Below are positions 1-8,181 of a stretch of 21,035 nucleotides of DNA, piece after piece; positions within the stretch are counted from its first letter, which is position 1; each line of letters starts with the position of its first letter. The notes under the pieces were generated by a model. It searched no databases. It saw nothing but the letters and a program-made list of their open reading frames with translations, and was not told the origin of the DNA. The position numbers were made by a program, and so were the translations under genes. Source of the stretch: Myxococcota bacterium (GTDB lineage Bacteria; Myxococcota; SpSt-1050); the NCBI GenBank assembly GCA_049969675.1, contig JBMFOP010000056.1, positions 1 through 21,035 on the forward strand, in the 5' to 3' direction.

Positions 1-32
1 GCTAAAATAGTTAGACTGAATAAATATCTCAT
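1..32 (-). CDS. 5' end of a probable exported protein (MRYLFSLTILA...), continues off the window
   Basis: ATG at 32-30 with GGAG at 39-36; translation looks like the start of a signal peptide; only about 10 codons visible. Confidence 0.55.
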   Translation of the reverse strand, partial: MRYLFSLTIL

Positions 33-179
33 AAACTCCATCCAGATTTATAATTGATTTTGTGAAATTTAGATAGATTACGATAAGATAAGATAATGTA
101 ATATTTTCTAATCACCACCAGGACCTATCTAAAATCTCCAATTATAATTACCTCCATCTGATACCCTGATGCCAGGAAA

Positions 180-202
180 AAAATTTATTTTGGACAGATG
201 TG
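180..202. repeat. Intergenic motif copy 1 (AAAATTTATTTTGGACAGATGTG)
   Basis: 185..202 is identical (18/18) to 12298..12315; 180..201 matches the reverse complement of 12217..12238 at 20/22. Confidence 0.8.
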
Positions 203-239
203 ATCTAAATCTTTTCTCAGAAGATAACAGAAGGGACAA

Positions 240-1106
240 TTATTCAAGCTTTGAGCCACAGGAGGGACAGAATCTCGCCCCTGCCATTAACTCCCTCTTA
301 CAATTACTGCAAACTAATTTTAAAGGTGCGCCACACTCTATACAAAATGCACCACTACCACCCTTATTCCCACAACCTGCACATACCAGCATTGCGGTTT
401 TATGCATCTGTTGAGCCTGTGGCTGTGATGGGGGTGATACCGGGGTCACAACAGGTGGATTTTCAACTCTCTGCTCTACCGCTGATGGTTGTTTTGACTC
501 CTGAAAAGGAGTGGAATTGTTTAATGTAGATGGTACTGATGATGTTGCCTTTGCAAGTAGATGCTCTTCATTATTGAATAAAAAGTACATCACACATATT
601 ACTACCAGAACAAATGGAGATGCAACCAGACCTCCTATATAAGTAATGGACAGAATACCAGATATCAAACCAAATATAAGCACCATAATAAGATGCATCC
701 CGAATCCAACTTGCATAACCAGCGACTTACTACCTGACATAGCCTCACCCATAGAGAGTTTTTTATCTACAATGAGCACTATGACATATATCCAAATTGT
801 TGAAAGCAATAAGCCCGGAATAATACAGAGCGCAAAACCGATTATTAAAATAATACCTATTACAAGTGTTGTAAGGAATAGAGTGCCAAACTGGTCCATT
901 GCAGAAAAGACATCTCCTATCTCTGCTGGTCTATTCTCACGCACCCTCCTGATGACCATCTTTGTTAGTCCGCCATATAGTGGACCAGCAAGGATTCCAA
1001 GAGTAACCACCGACAATATGCCAGCAATCAGTCCTCCAACAATAAGTGGAACTATATCTTTTACAAATAGTTCCCAGGCATACTTAAATATCCTGTTAAA
1101 GTCCAT
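240..1106 (-). CDS. Integral membrane protein with Pro/Gln/Ser-rich linker and C-terminal double zinc ribbon
   Basis: Several hydrophobic helices, low-complexity linker, four CxxC motifs (CAGC, CIEC, CSNC, CPSC). ATG at 1106 follows GGAGGTGGAG; the ORF track's 1115 GTG lies inside that RBS. Confidence 0.85.
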   Translation of the reverse strand: MDFNRIFKYAWELFVKDIVPLIVGGLIAGILSVVTLGILAGPLYGGLTKMVIRRVRENRPAEIGDVFSAMDQFGTLFLTTLVIGIILIIGFALCIIPGLLLSTIWIYVIVLIVDKKLSMGEAMSGSKSLVMQVGFGMHLIMVLIFGLISGILSITYIGGLVASPFVLVVICVMYFLFNNEEHLLAKATSSVPSTLNNSTPFQESKQPSAVEQRVENPPVVTPVSPPSQPQAQQMHKTAMLVCAGCGNKGGSGAFCIECGAPLKLVCSNCKRELMAGARFCPSCGSKLE

Positions 1107-1118
1107 AATCTCCACCTC

Positions 1119-2186
1119 CTATTTTTTAATTGCATTTGCAAACATCCATTCAACACAGAAAGGTCTTACGAATACAGGGGTAAAATTTATCTTCTTAAAT
1201 GAACGTCTTAAAATATCCTTAAGCATATTTATAGTTTCTATGTCATATACATCACAACATTGAATAGAGACAAGACCATCTCTATTTAAATTTCTGGCAA
1301 TTTTTGCAAAAATATCTCTAAGGAATTTTTCACGGTCTTTTACAGTTAACCACTCGGGATGAAGTGTGAGGTCATATACTATAGCATCAAATCCCTCATG
1401 TTTTTCAAGGAAGTTATTGGCATCATCAATAATTAACCTAACCCTTCTGTCTTCAAAGGCATTTCCACAGATAGTTGGGAGATGCTCCTTACAGGCGGCA
1501 ACCACCATCTCGTCAATATCTATTAGATATACTTCTTTGGCACCTCGTTTTAACAATTCCTTTGCAACACCACCATCCCCACCTCCCAGAATAGCCACTT
1601 TCTTCAGGAGTTTTCGCTCGGCAATTGGGCTTACCAGTGCATCGTTGTACTCATCATCCCCAATCTCTGCAATTTGAACATCATCATCCAGAAATAACAT
1701 CCTCCCAAAACTATCATTTAAGATGATATCTATCTTCTGGTATTTTGAGTGACCTGAGAAGATCCTGTCCTTAATATGATATCTCGTCTCAGTACCTATT
1801 GAGCCATAAGAAATCATCCAGTTGGTATCATTAATTTCAAGTTCATCCCCTCTCTTAATTCTAATAATCCTTGTACTGGATGGTTTAAGAACACCCTTAA
1901 AATATTCAAGTAGGGCATTTGTGGGCTCTGGCGTCTTTGAACAGGTATAAATATCTATTGATGCGTGTTTTGCTTCTGGAAATGTATGGAGAGCGACATG
2001 AGATTCGCTGATGATGGCAATAATCGTTACACCTATAGGAGTAAATTTGTGATGAACGACCTTAATGAATCCGAGTCTGCACTGGTTGATACCTATCCTT
2101 ACCATCTCTGATAGCGCCTTTTCATCATTCAGGTCAGCCCGACAATTTAAGAATTCGCATACAATCTGATTTCCATAAGGTCTCAT
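1119..2186 (-). CDS. speD/speE: Fusion of pyruvoyl-dependent S-adenosylmethionine decarboxylase (class 1B) and polyamine aminopropyltransferase (spermidine/spermine synthase family)
   Basis: N-terminal HKFTPIGVT, SESHVALHTFPE (autocleavage site) and DIYTC; C-terminal SKYQKI, ILGGGDGG, DIDEMVV, YDLT; GGGAGG RBS upstream. Confidence 0.92.
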   Translation of the reverse strand: MRPYGNQIVCEFLNCRADLNDEKALSEMVRIGINQCRLGFIKVVHHKFTPIGVTIIAIISESHVALHTFPEAKHASIDIYTCSKTPEPTNALLEYFKGVLKPSSTRIIRIKRGDELEINDTNWMISYGSIGTETRYHIKDRIFSGHSKYQKIDIILNDSFGRMLFLDDDVQIAEIGDDEYNDALVSPIAERKLLKKVAILGGGDGGVAKELLKRGAKEVYLIDIDEMVVAACKEHLPTICGNAFEDRRVRLIIDDANNFLEKHEGFDAIVYDLTLHPEWLTVKDREKFLRDIFAKIARNLNRDGLVSIQCCDVYDIETINMLKDILRRSFKKINFTPVFVRPFCVEWMFANAIKK

Positions 2187-2208
2187 ATAGTTTACCTCCC
2201 GTAAATAT

Positions 2209-3297
2209 TTATTTTGTTTTAAGTGGATAAAGCCAGAGGTCTACAGGATATTTATACCTATATGGGACTTTGAGAGGAAATTCAATCTTTCTGCCAGTTG
2301 CTGCACTGAGATATGCCGCAATCATAATCTCAAGCACAACCTTTCCATCCTCAGCAGACTCAATAGGTTTCTTATTATACAAAATACAATCTACGAAATG
2401 CTGCATCTCCTGCGGATAACCATTTTGATAATTCCAGTCATATTCAGGGAATGTCCAGCCCCTGCTTTCTTTCGGGTCATTGGTAAACCCCCTCTCTGAA
2501 AAACACTTAATTCCCCCACCGCGAAGGAGGTCAGCATATATTACACCTTCTGTGCCATAACACTCCATAACACTATCCATTCCACCTTTGAGTGCCCAGC
2601 TTGCCTCCAGATTTGCAATAACACCATTCTCAAACTCAATAAGAATTATCACATTGTCATCAAGTTTAGTAATCTTCTTATGTAGAACAAGATTAACCTG
2701 TGCATAAACACTCTTTACCTTTGGCTTATTTAAAAACCATCTCGCAAATTCAATTGCATGGCAACCCATATCCATCATTATACCACCCCCGGCTGTCTCA
2801 CGCTTAAAGAACCACGGTGAATATGGTCCCGCGTGTTTCTCCCATTCCTTAATCATATATGGCTTCCCGACTCCACCTGCATCCACAATCTCCTTAGCCC
2901 TTACAAACTTAGGGATAAAACACAACTCCTCTGCATAAAATGCAAACTTTTTATTCCTCTTTGAACTCTCAATAATCTCATCTGCCTCTTCAAGTGTAAG
3001 GCACAGCGGTTTCTCAATGATTACATGTTTACCATTTTTCAGACAGGTTAATGCAAATTCTTTGTGCAGATAATTTGGGACACCGAGAGTAATAATATCC
3101 ACCTCATCTGATTCCGCCATCTCTTTAAGCGATTCAAACTGAAATCTTAAACTATTCTTTTTCGCAAATGCTCCCCTCCTCTTTTTATCCACATCAGCAA
3201 TTGCCACCACCTCTGCACCTCTCACTGTTGAGAATGCATCATAGTGTACCTGTCCAATAAAGCCAGCGCCTGTAATACCTACCCTCAAATTTTTCAT
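2209..3297 (-). CDS. Gfo/Idh/MocA family NAD(P)-dependent oxidoreductase
   Basis: GITGAGFIG Rossmann motif, GKHVIIEKP, GGGIMMDMGCH; start moved to ATG 3297, 8 nt downstream of GGAGG. Confidence 0.93.
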   Translation of the reverse strand: MKNLRVGITGAGFIGQVHYDAFSTVRGAEVVAIADVDKKRRGAFAKKNSLRFQFESLKEMAESDEVDIITLGVPNYLHKEFALTCLKNGKHVIIEKPLCLTLEEADEIIESSKRNKKFAFYAEELCFIPKFVRAKEIVDAGGVGKPYMIKEWEKHAGPYSPWFFKRETAGGGIMMDMGCHAIEFARWFLNKPKVKSVYAQVNLVLHKKITKLDDNVIILIEFENGVIANLEASWALKGGMDSVMECYGTEGVIYADLLRGGGIKCFSERGFTNDPKESRGWTFPEYDWNYQNGYPQEMQHFVDCILYNKKPIESAEDGKVVLEIMIAAYLSAATGRKIEFPLKVPYRYKYPVDLWLYPLKTK

Positions 3298-3327
3298 AGA
3301 GAAGACCTCCACCAAATTAAAATTGAG

Positions 3328-4668
3328 TTATTGATCACCATCTGATATAAATCCTGCATCAGTAGAAGTTATTGTGTTAATGTTATACTTTATCTTTATC
3401 TCATTAGTCTTATATGTCTTTCCATCATCAGTGTCAAATTCCATCCAGCAGATGATATCACCACTATTCTTGGGTGGTAATTGGTTATCCTGCACTGTAA
3501 TTGGAATATTTTTGAATCCCATATAGAATTCATCTTCAATATCCTTCAATCTGCCAATGTCATACACCTCATTTGGGAATGGTAACTCATCCCCAACAGG
3601 GGCTGTACTGAAGACTCTTACATTCTCAGCATAATCAAACTTAAATTTTGCCCGTATTGTCTTGATATTTGGGCCAACAAGCCTGTGAATGTATGAAAAA
3701 TATATATACATCCAATCCCATCTGCCATATTCACCATCAATAATATAATTTATCTGTGATGGGGTCACAGCAGTAAGTACAGGGTTCTCTCTAATCTTAT
3801 CTCTTAATGCAGCATAAATGTACATCTCATAATTGCCACCTGGCTCCAGACCAAAGCCGAATGATTCAGCAACTCCAGGCATTACAAAAGATATCGCCCC
3901 ATTATCTCCTTTATAATATCCAAACAAAGTCGGATAGAAAAATGATTTCTTTTCTGCATAATTATCTTCATAGTACTGCCCCGAATAAGCAAACTCAAGA
4001 CTTGTCTTCTTATCTCTTGAGACATCCTGTTCACCAAGTAAAGTTGCATAATTTTTCCTTTCGCCATCTATCATCTTTCCTCTCTCAAAATAATACGCCC
4101 TGAGTTTTCCCATATTGGCTGGTTCGTATTGAGAAGATCTTATATCTGTAATCTCAAAGACTGAAAAGTCTATCTTTGAGATAGGATTTAGCACCACACT
4201 AACAGAAGTGTCTTCACCGATATCTATATCTCTTAAAGAGCCTCTGAATGTCACCTTTGATTCTTTATTGATAGTCTCTACTATAATAGACCTCTTACTT
4301 CCAATAGGCACACTGACCGGGAGAACTATCCTTGCAAATTGCCTATCTTCATATGAACAAGAAGGTGGAAAATAGGTATCAAACTCATAAAATCCTTCGC
4401 CATCTGGTTTATAATATCCACCATCATTAAGACATATCCAATCAGGGGAGGATGGAAAATCCACACTTTTCTTTACTGGTGTCATATTATTACCATAGAC
4501 AGAGACCACCACTTTATTGGCATACTTTTCAATAAAATTTCCAAGCCCACCTTCCTGACTCTGAAACTCAAGCAAAATCTTTAAATTTTCTCTCTCCTGA
4601 TTGCAGGATAAATAGAGAAAAGTAATAGAGAAAATGACCAACAATAGGATTAAATATATTCTCTTCAT
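3328..4668 (-). CDS. Hypothetical lipoprotein, beta-rich, 446 aa
   Basis: MKR, hydrophobic stretch and YLSC lipobox; GAGGTGAG RBS; no family recognised. Confidence 0.75.
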   Translation of the reverse strand: MKRIYLILLLVIFSITFLYLSCNQERENLKILLEFQSQEGGLGNFIEKYANKVVVSVYGNNMTPVKKSVDFPSSPDWICLNDGGYYKPDGEGFYEFDTYFPPSCSYEDRQFARIVLPVSVPIGSKRSIIVETINKESKVTFRGSLRDIDIGEDTSVSVVLNPISKIDFSVFEITDIRSSQYEPANMGKLRAYYFERGKMIDGERKNYATLLGEQDVSRDKKTSLEFAYSGQYYEDNYAEKKSFFYPTLFGYYKGDNGAISFVMPGVAESFGFGLEPGGNYEMYIYAALRDKIRENPVLTAVTPSQINYIIDGEYGRWDWMYIYFSYIHRLVGPNIKTIRAKFKFDYAENVRVFSTAPVGDELPFPNEVYDIGRLKDIEDEFYMGFKNIPITVQDNQLPPKNSGDIICWMEFDTDDGKTYKTNEIKIKYNINTITSTDAGFISDGDQ

Positions 4669-4676
4669 ATCTCACC

Positions 4677-5579
4677 TCAATAATTACCAATGTCTATATG
4701 AATATTTACATCAACCTTCTTAGTGTTTATCTCACCACCAAAATCCAGTGGTGCCACAACCCCCTGCATATCCTGTTCTCTCAACGGCTCAGTCAGACTC
4801 TGTGAATAGGCATCTCGTCTCTCTATATCCTCTCTCTCAGCATCTTTTAATGAAATCAGTAGCCTCTCCTCAAAATTACCACTTAATGTCTTTGTCGCGA
4901 GCACAATCCCTGCACTCTTATCAATAGTCTTTTTCAATTCGTTTTTGAGCATAGCAAATATACTCGTATTTACATACAAATCCTGTAAAAGTTCGGGAGG
5001 AATAGGTTGTGGAGGTGACGGTGGCATACCTTCTTTGATCTCAGAGAATGTTCCTTCTGTTAGCATAATCTCGGGGAGGTCCATCTTATCTCTATTAAAA
5101 ACACCAGCAAATCCGCTCAAAAGGAATACCCTTGTGGTGCCATCCTCAGCCACATCAAGAGCAAGATGAGTCCCTCTCACGCCCGCTATTGCGGTTTTGG
5201 ACTTAAATTCAAACTTGCTTCTGGAATTCATCTGTTTCTTTACCACTGCCCTGACCTTCCCGAAGAATGTCAGAATTGAGGCCTCTCTTTTATCAACACT
5301 TTTGATAAGGGATTCAATCAGAATCTTGGTCTTTGGGGCTATACTGAGAATAGTCCCATCTACAAGTTTGATTACAGCCTTTGATTTTTCTGAGGTTATA
5401 ACGGTGGCATTAATACCGAGATTGTTTCCGATCTTTGCATCCTCCGCCGCTCTGCCCGGATATTCAATCTTCACCGACCCCTCAACCCAGTTAATTACAC
5501 CAACTATATTGTCGTCGGCAAATAGATTTGTTGAGAAGAACAAGAGAGAAACCGATATTACCAATACTCTTTTGTACAT
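4677..5579 (-). CDS. Secreted FecR-domain protein
   Basis: Signal peptide ending NLFA-DD; FecR-like motifs ITSEKSKAVIKLVDGTILSIAPKT and KTAIAGVRGT; PPSPPQP linker; AGGAG RBS. Confidence 0.85.
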   Translation of the reverse strand: MYKRVLVISVSLLFFSTNLFADDNIVGVINWVEGSVKIEYPGRAAEDAKIGNNLGINATVITSEKSKAVIKLVDGTILSIAPKTKILIESLIKSVDKREASILTFFGKVRAVVKKQMNSRSKFEFKSKTAIAGVRGTHLALDVAEDGTTRVFLLSGFAGVFNRDKMDLPEIMLTEGTFSEIKEGMPPSPPQPIPPELLQDLYVNTSIFAMLKNELKKTIDKSAGIVLATKTLSGNFEERLLISLKDAEREDIERRDAYSQSLTEPLREQDMQGVVAPLDFGGEINTKKVDVNIHIDIGNY

Positions 5580-5593
5580 CGCAGTACTCCTTC

Positions 5594-7264
5594 TTAAAAT
5601 TTCAATTCCCAGAAAAGTATACCCATATGTCTCGTATAATCATAAGTCTTCTTAATATTTGATTGGTTTAATATAAAATTGTACTTAATACCTATTCTTC
5701 CACCCTTACCAAGTATAAATTCGGGTCCGGCATTCAATGAAAGCCGTTTATCCGAACGACTTTTAATTGAACCATCCTCCATTGGATACTGAGAATCAGA
5801 AAAATCTCTAATAAAATAATCCATCAGCAATCTGAGGTCAATTATGGATAGCGCCACGAGTGAGAGTCCAAATCCTAACCTTAATCCAGAATATCTCCCC
5901 TGTGAACCATCGGCATTATTTATATCGTATTCAACCCTTAAAATTGCCGTATCGTCTCCCCCAAAGAAGAAGGGGCTTTCAAGCCCTACATTGTGGTCTA
6001 TTCCACTTAGAGAGTTTGTATTGGGCTCATCTATACTCTGATGATAAAAATCCATCTTTAATCTATAATATGGCTTGAGCATCATTGTATCGCTGAGAGA
6101 AAAAATTAGATTTGGGGCTATCATCAAAGATGTCAAAAAAAAGTTTGGTCCACTCTCCGCACCCTTTTCGTGAACAAAAGAACCAAATGGATCCGTAAAT
6201 AGGTTCAAAAGCCCAACCTCAATACCCGGAGATAGTCTATTTTTGTTAAATACAAAGTCATAATTATATCTTGAGCCTGCATAAATAAACATAATGTCAT
6301 AATAATTTACATCAAATTCACTTCTCGGTATCATAGAATTAATAGGCAGAAAGTGATAATCTGTAAAATATGTCAGAGTGGCTGATGCCTTATGCCTCTC
6401 TTTCTTAAAATTAACGCCACCTGAGAGCTCAAGGTCAGTTCTTGCACCCCACCTCATTGAGACAGCACCGAGATTTGTAAGATACTTAACACTCTCATCC
6501 TCATTCTCTGCCATCTCAGGGACATTGGTATCAATCAGATATGTATTTCTGAGTTTAAAAAATGGCTTGAATAGTGATTTCTTCTGAAACCTCTCTCGCT
6601 CCTGAGCAATATTTTCAAGAATCCTTGACGCCTCCCTTCCCTCCTCAGATTCCTTATCCAGTGATGCCACCTCCAGATATTTTATTGAATCACTTAGACT
6701 CTTCTCGCTCTGTGAAATCACTGCAAGATAGTAGGCTGAACGGCTCTTATATAACGGTGAATTATTATAAAGTTCAATAAAGATTGGCTTTGCATCACTT
6801 AAATTCTGTGTAGCCATATTTAATGTTGCAAGTAGATATCTGACACCATCTTTATCAATTGAACTATCTTTTATACTATTCAGATATTCCTTTGCCTCCT
6901 TGTATCTCTTATCCTGAACATAACATTGTGCAATATCTTTATAGACCAGATCTTTATCCTTCTTATCAAGTATTAAATCTATCTTCTTAAAGATATTTAC
7001 TGCCTCAGTGCAATCCTTAGAATAGACAAAGGACTTGCCAAGCATTATATATGCCTCTTTATCGTCGGGATTCTTCTCAATATATTTCTTGAGAATTGAG
7101 ATTGCATCCGGATATTTACCATCTGAATAGAATTCTATAGCCTTTAAGAGTTCCTCCTCATTTTGTAGCCCTGTAGAATCTGATGGAGATGTCGCCACCT
7201 GCCCGTAAAGACTTACTGAAAATAAAATTATAGATGTAGCAATATTCAAATTTAATCTAAACAT
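5594..7264 (-). CDS. TPR-repeat outer-membrane beta-barrel protein
   Basis: Signal peptide, TPR-like helices (AIEFYSDGKYPDAISILKKYIEKNPDDKEAYIMLG), amphipathic beta-strands, C-terminal WELKF barrel signal; ATG 7264 is 7 nt downstream of GAGGAG. Confidence 0.8.
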   Translation of the reverse strand: MFRLNLNIATSIILFSVSLYGQVATSPSDSTGLQNEEELLKAIEFYSDGKYPDAISILKKYIEKNPDDKEAYIMLGKSFVYSKDCTEAVNIFKKIDLILDKKDKDLVYKDIAQCYVQDKRYKEAKEYLNSIKDSSIDKDGVRYLLATLNMATQNLSDAKPIFIELYNNSPLYKSRSAYYLAVISQSEKSLSDSIKYLEVASLDKESEEGREASRILENIAQERERFQKKSLFKPFFKLRNTYLIDTNVPEMAENEDESVKYLTNLGAVSMRWGARTDLELSGGVNFKKERHKASATLTYFTDYHFLPINSMIPRSEFDVNYYDIMFIYAGSRYNYDFVFNKNRLSPGIEVGLLNLFTDPFGSFVHEKGAESGPNFFLTSLMIAPNLIFSLSDTMMLKPYYRLKMDFYHQSIDEPNTNSLSGIDHNVGLESPFFFGGDDTAILRVEYDINNADGSQGRYSGLRLGFGLSLVALSIIDLRLLMDYFIRDFSDSQYPMEDGSIKSRSDKRLSLNAGPEFILGKGGRIGIKYNFILNQSNIKKTYDYTRHMGILFWELKF

Positions 7265-7291
7265 ATATCTACTCCTCACAAAGAAGAAAAA

Positions 7292-7699
7292 CTAAATCTT
7301 ACACTGGTTATAAAGTGAATCAAGTTCGTCGGATAATCTCTTCATCTTCTTTACAATTAGTTCAAGTCTTTTGGCAACCTTATCAGATAATTTCAGGCTC
7401 TCCCTTACCCAGTTAGCCGCATCTCTTTCAAGTCTGGATATCTTCTCCTTTGAATGGAGGACCTTATAAATCTCCTGCATGGTAAACAACTTCTCTTCAA
7501 AGGAATTAATCCCTTTCAAAATATCCTTTGCATCTTCTTTGCTATTAATAAATGATATAACCTTCTTAAAGGTCTTATCATTAATCTGAAGGAGAATTGC
7601 CTCCTTCTCAATAGCCTCAATCTCATCATCTGTTAAATTCCCATCCACACCAAGAATCTGTAAGATGATTGCCATCAGTTGAACATTGTCTATTTGCAT
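7292..7699 (-). CDS. TerB-like (tellurite resistance/DjlA N-terminal) family protein
   Basis: ILGVDGNLTDDEIEAI matches the TerB DG..ExE motif; the second repeat is degenerate; start moved to ATG 7699 after GGGAG. Confidence 0.65.
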   Translation of the reverse strand: MQIDNVQLMAIILQILGVDGNLTDDEIEAIEKEAILLQINDKTFKKVISFINSKEDAKDILKGINSFEEKLFTMQEIYKVLHSKEKISRLERDAANWVRESLKLSDKVAKRLELIVKKMKRLSDELDSLYNQCKI

Positions 7700-7839
7700 A
7701 ATATGCTCCCAGAAAAAATCTTTGTCTATTATATTATAGAAATAATATTTTGCAACCAATATCTACAAAATTATATAAAAAATTAATAATAAAACAAAAT
7801 ACTTTACTTAATTGAAATTTTGAAATATTAAAGACCTCT
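7700..7839. promoter_or_regulatory. AT-rich divergent promoter region
   Basis: Very AT-rich non-coding gap between divergently oriented genes; individual -10/-35 boxes cannot be assigned uniquely. Confidence 0.5.
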
Positions 7840-8181
7840 ATGACAGAGAAGAGAAGAGAAGATAGAGTTGAAGTTGAATTAAAGGTAGGATACAGAACTA
7901 TAGGTTCATTTATTACAGATTATATAATCAACATTTCAAAGGGAGGTATTTTTATTAATACCACCAAACCGCTACCGGTTGGAACCAAGATAAGAATCTT
8001 ATTCTCTATTCCAGACATACCTTTCCCATTCGACCTGATGGGGATCGTAAGATGGGTCAATCCCGTTGGACATTCAAGCCACTCACTGCCCGGTATGGGT
8101 ATAGAATTTCTTGAGATGGAAGAGAATGTCAGGAAGCGAATTGAAAAATTTATCAATCAACAGATTAAAAGACAGAAATAA
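7840..8181 (+). CDS. Stand-alone PilZ domain protein (TIGR02266-like), probable c-di-GMP receptor
   Basis: RREDR (RxxxR) and NISKGGIFI (D/NxSxGG), plus PLPVGT, VRW and PGMGIEF. Confidence 0.9.
   Translation: MTEKRREDRVEVELKVGYRTIGSFITDYIINISKGGIFINTTKPLPVGTKIRILFSIPDIPFPFDLMGIVRWVNPVGHSSHSLPGMGIEFLEMEENVRKRIEKFINQQIKRQK

Noticed and set aside
82..96. (GATAA)3 pentamer run
   Set aside because: Short and low complexity in AT-rich DNA; no supportable function
165..183. CCTG-ATGC-CAGG hairpin followed by an A-run, as a terminator
   Set aside because: Only a 4-bp stem, and the T-run precedes rather than follows the stem on the minus strand
199..214. CRP-like site TGTGATCTAAATCTTT
   Set aside because: The second half-site is poor and this part is not conserved at the other motif copies
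646..1263. 205-aa plus-strand ORF and the other short overlapping ORFs in the track (e.g. 5197..5655, 1366..1677, 11580..11876)
   Set aside because: Antisense or off-frame shadows of well-supported genes, with no recognisable motifs
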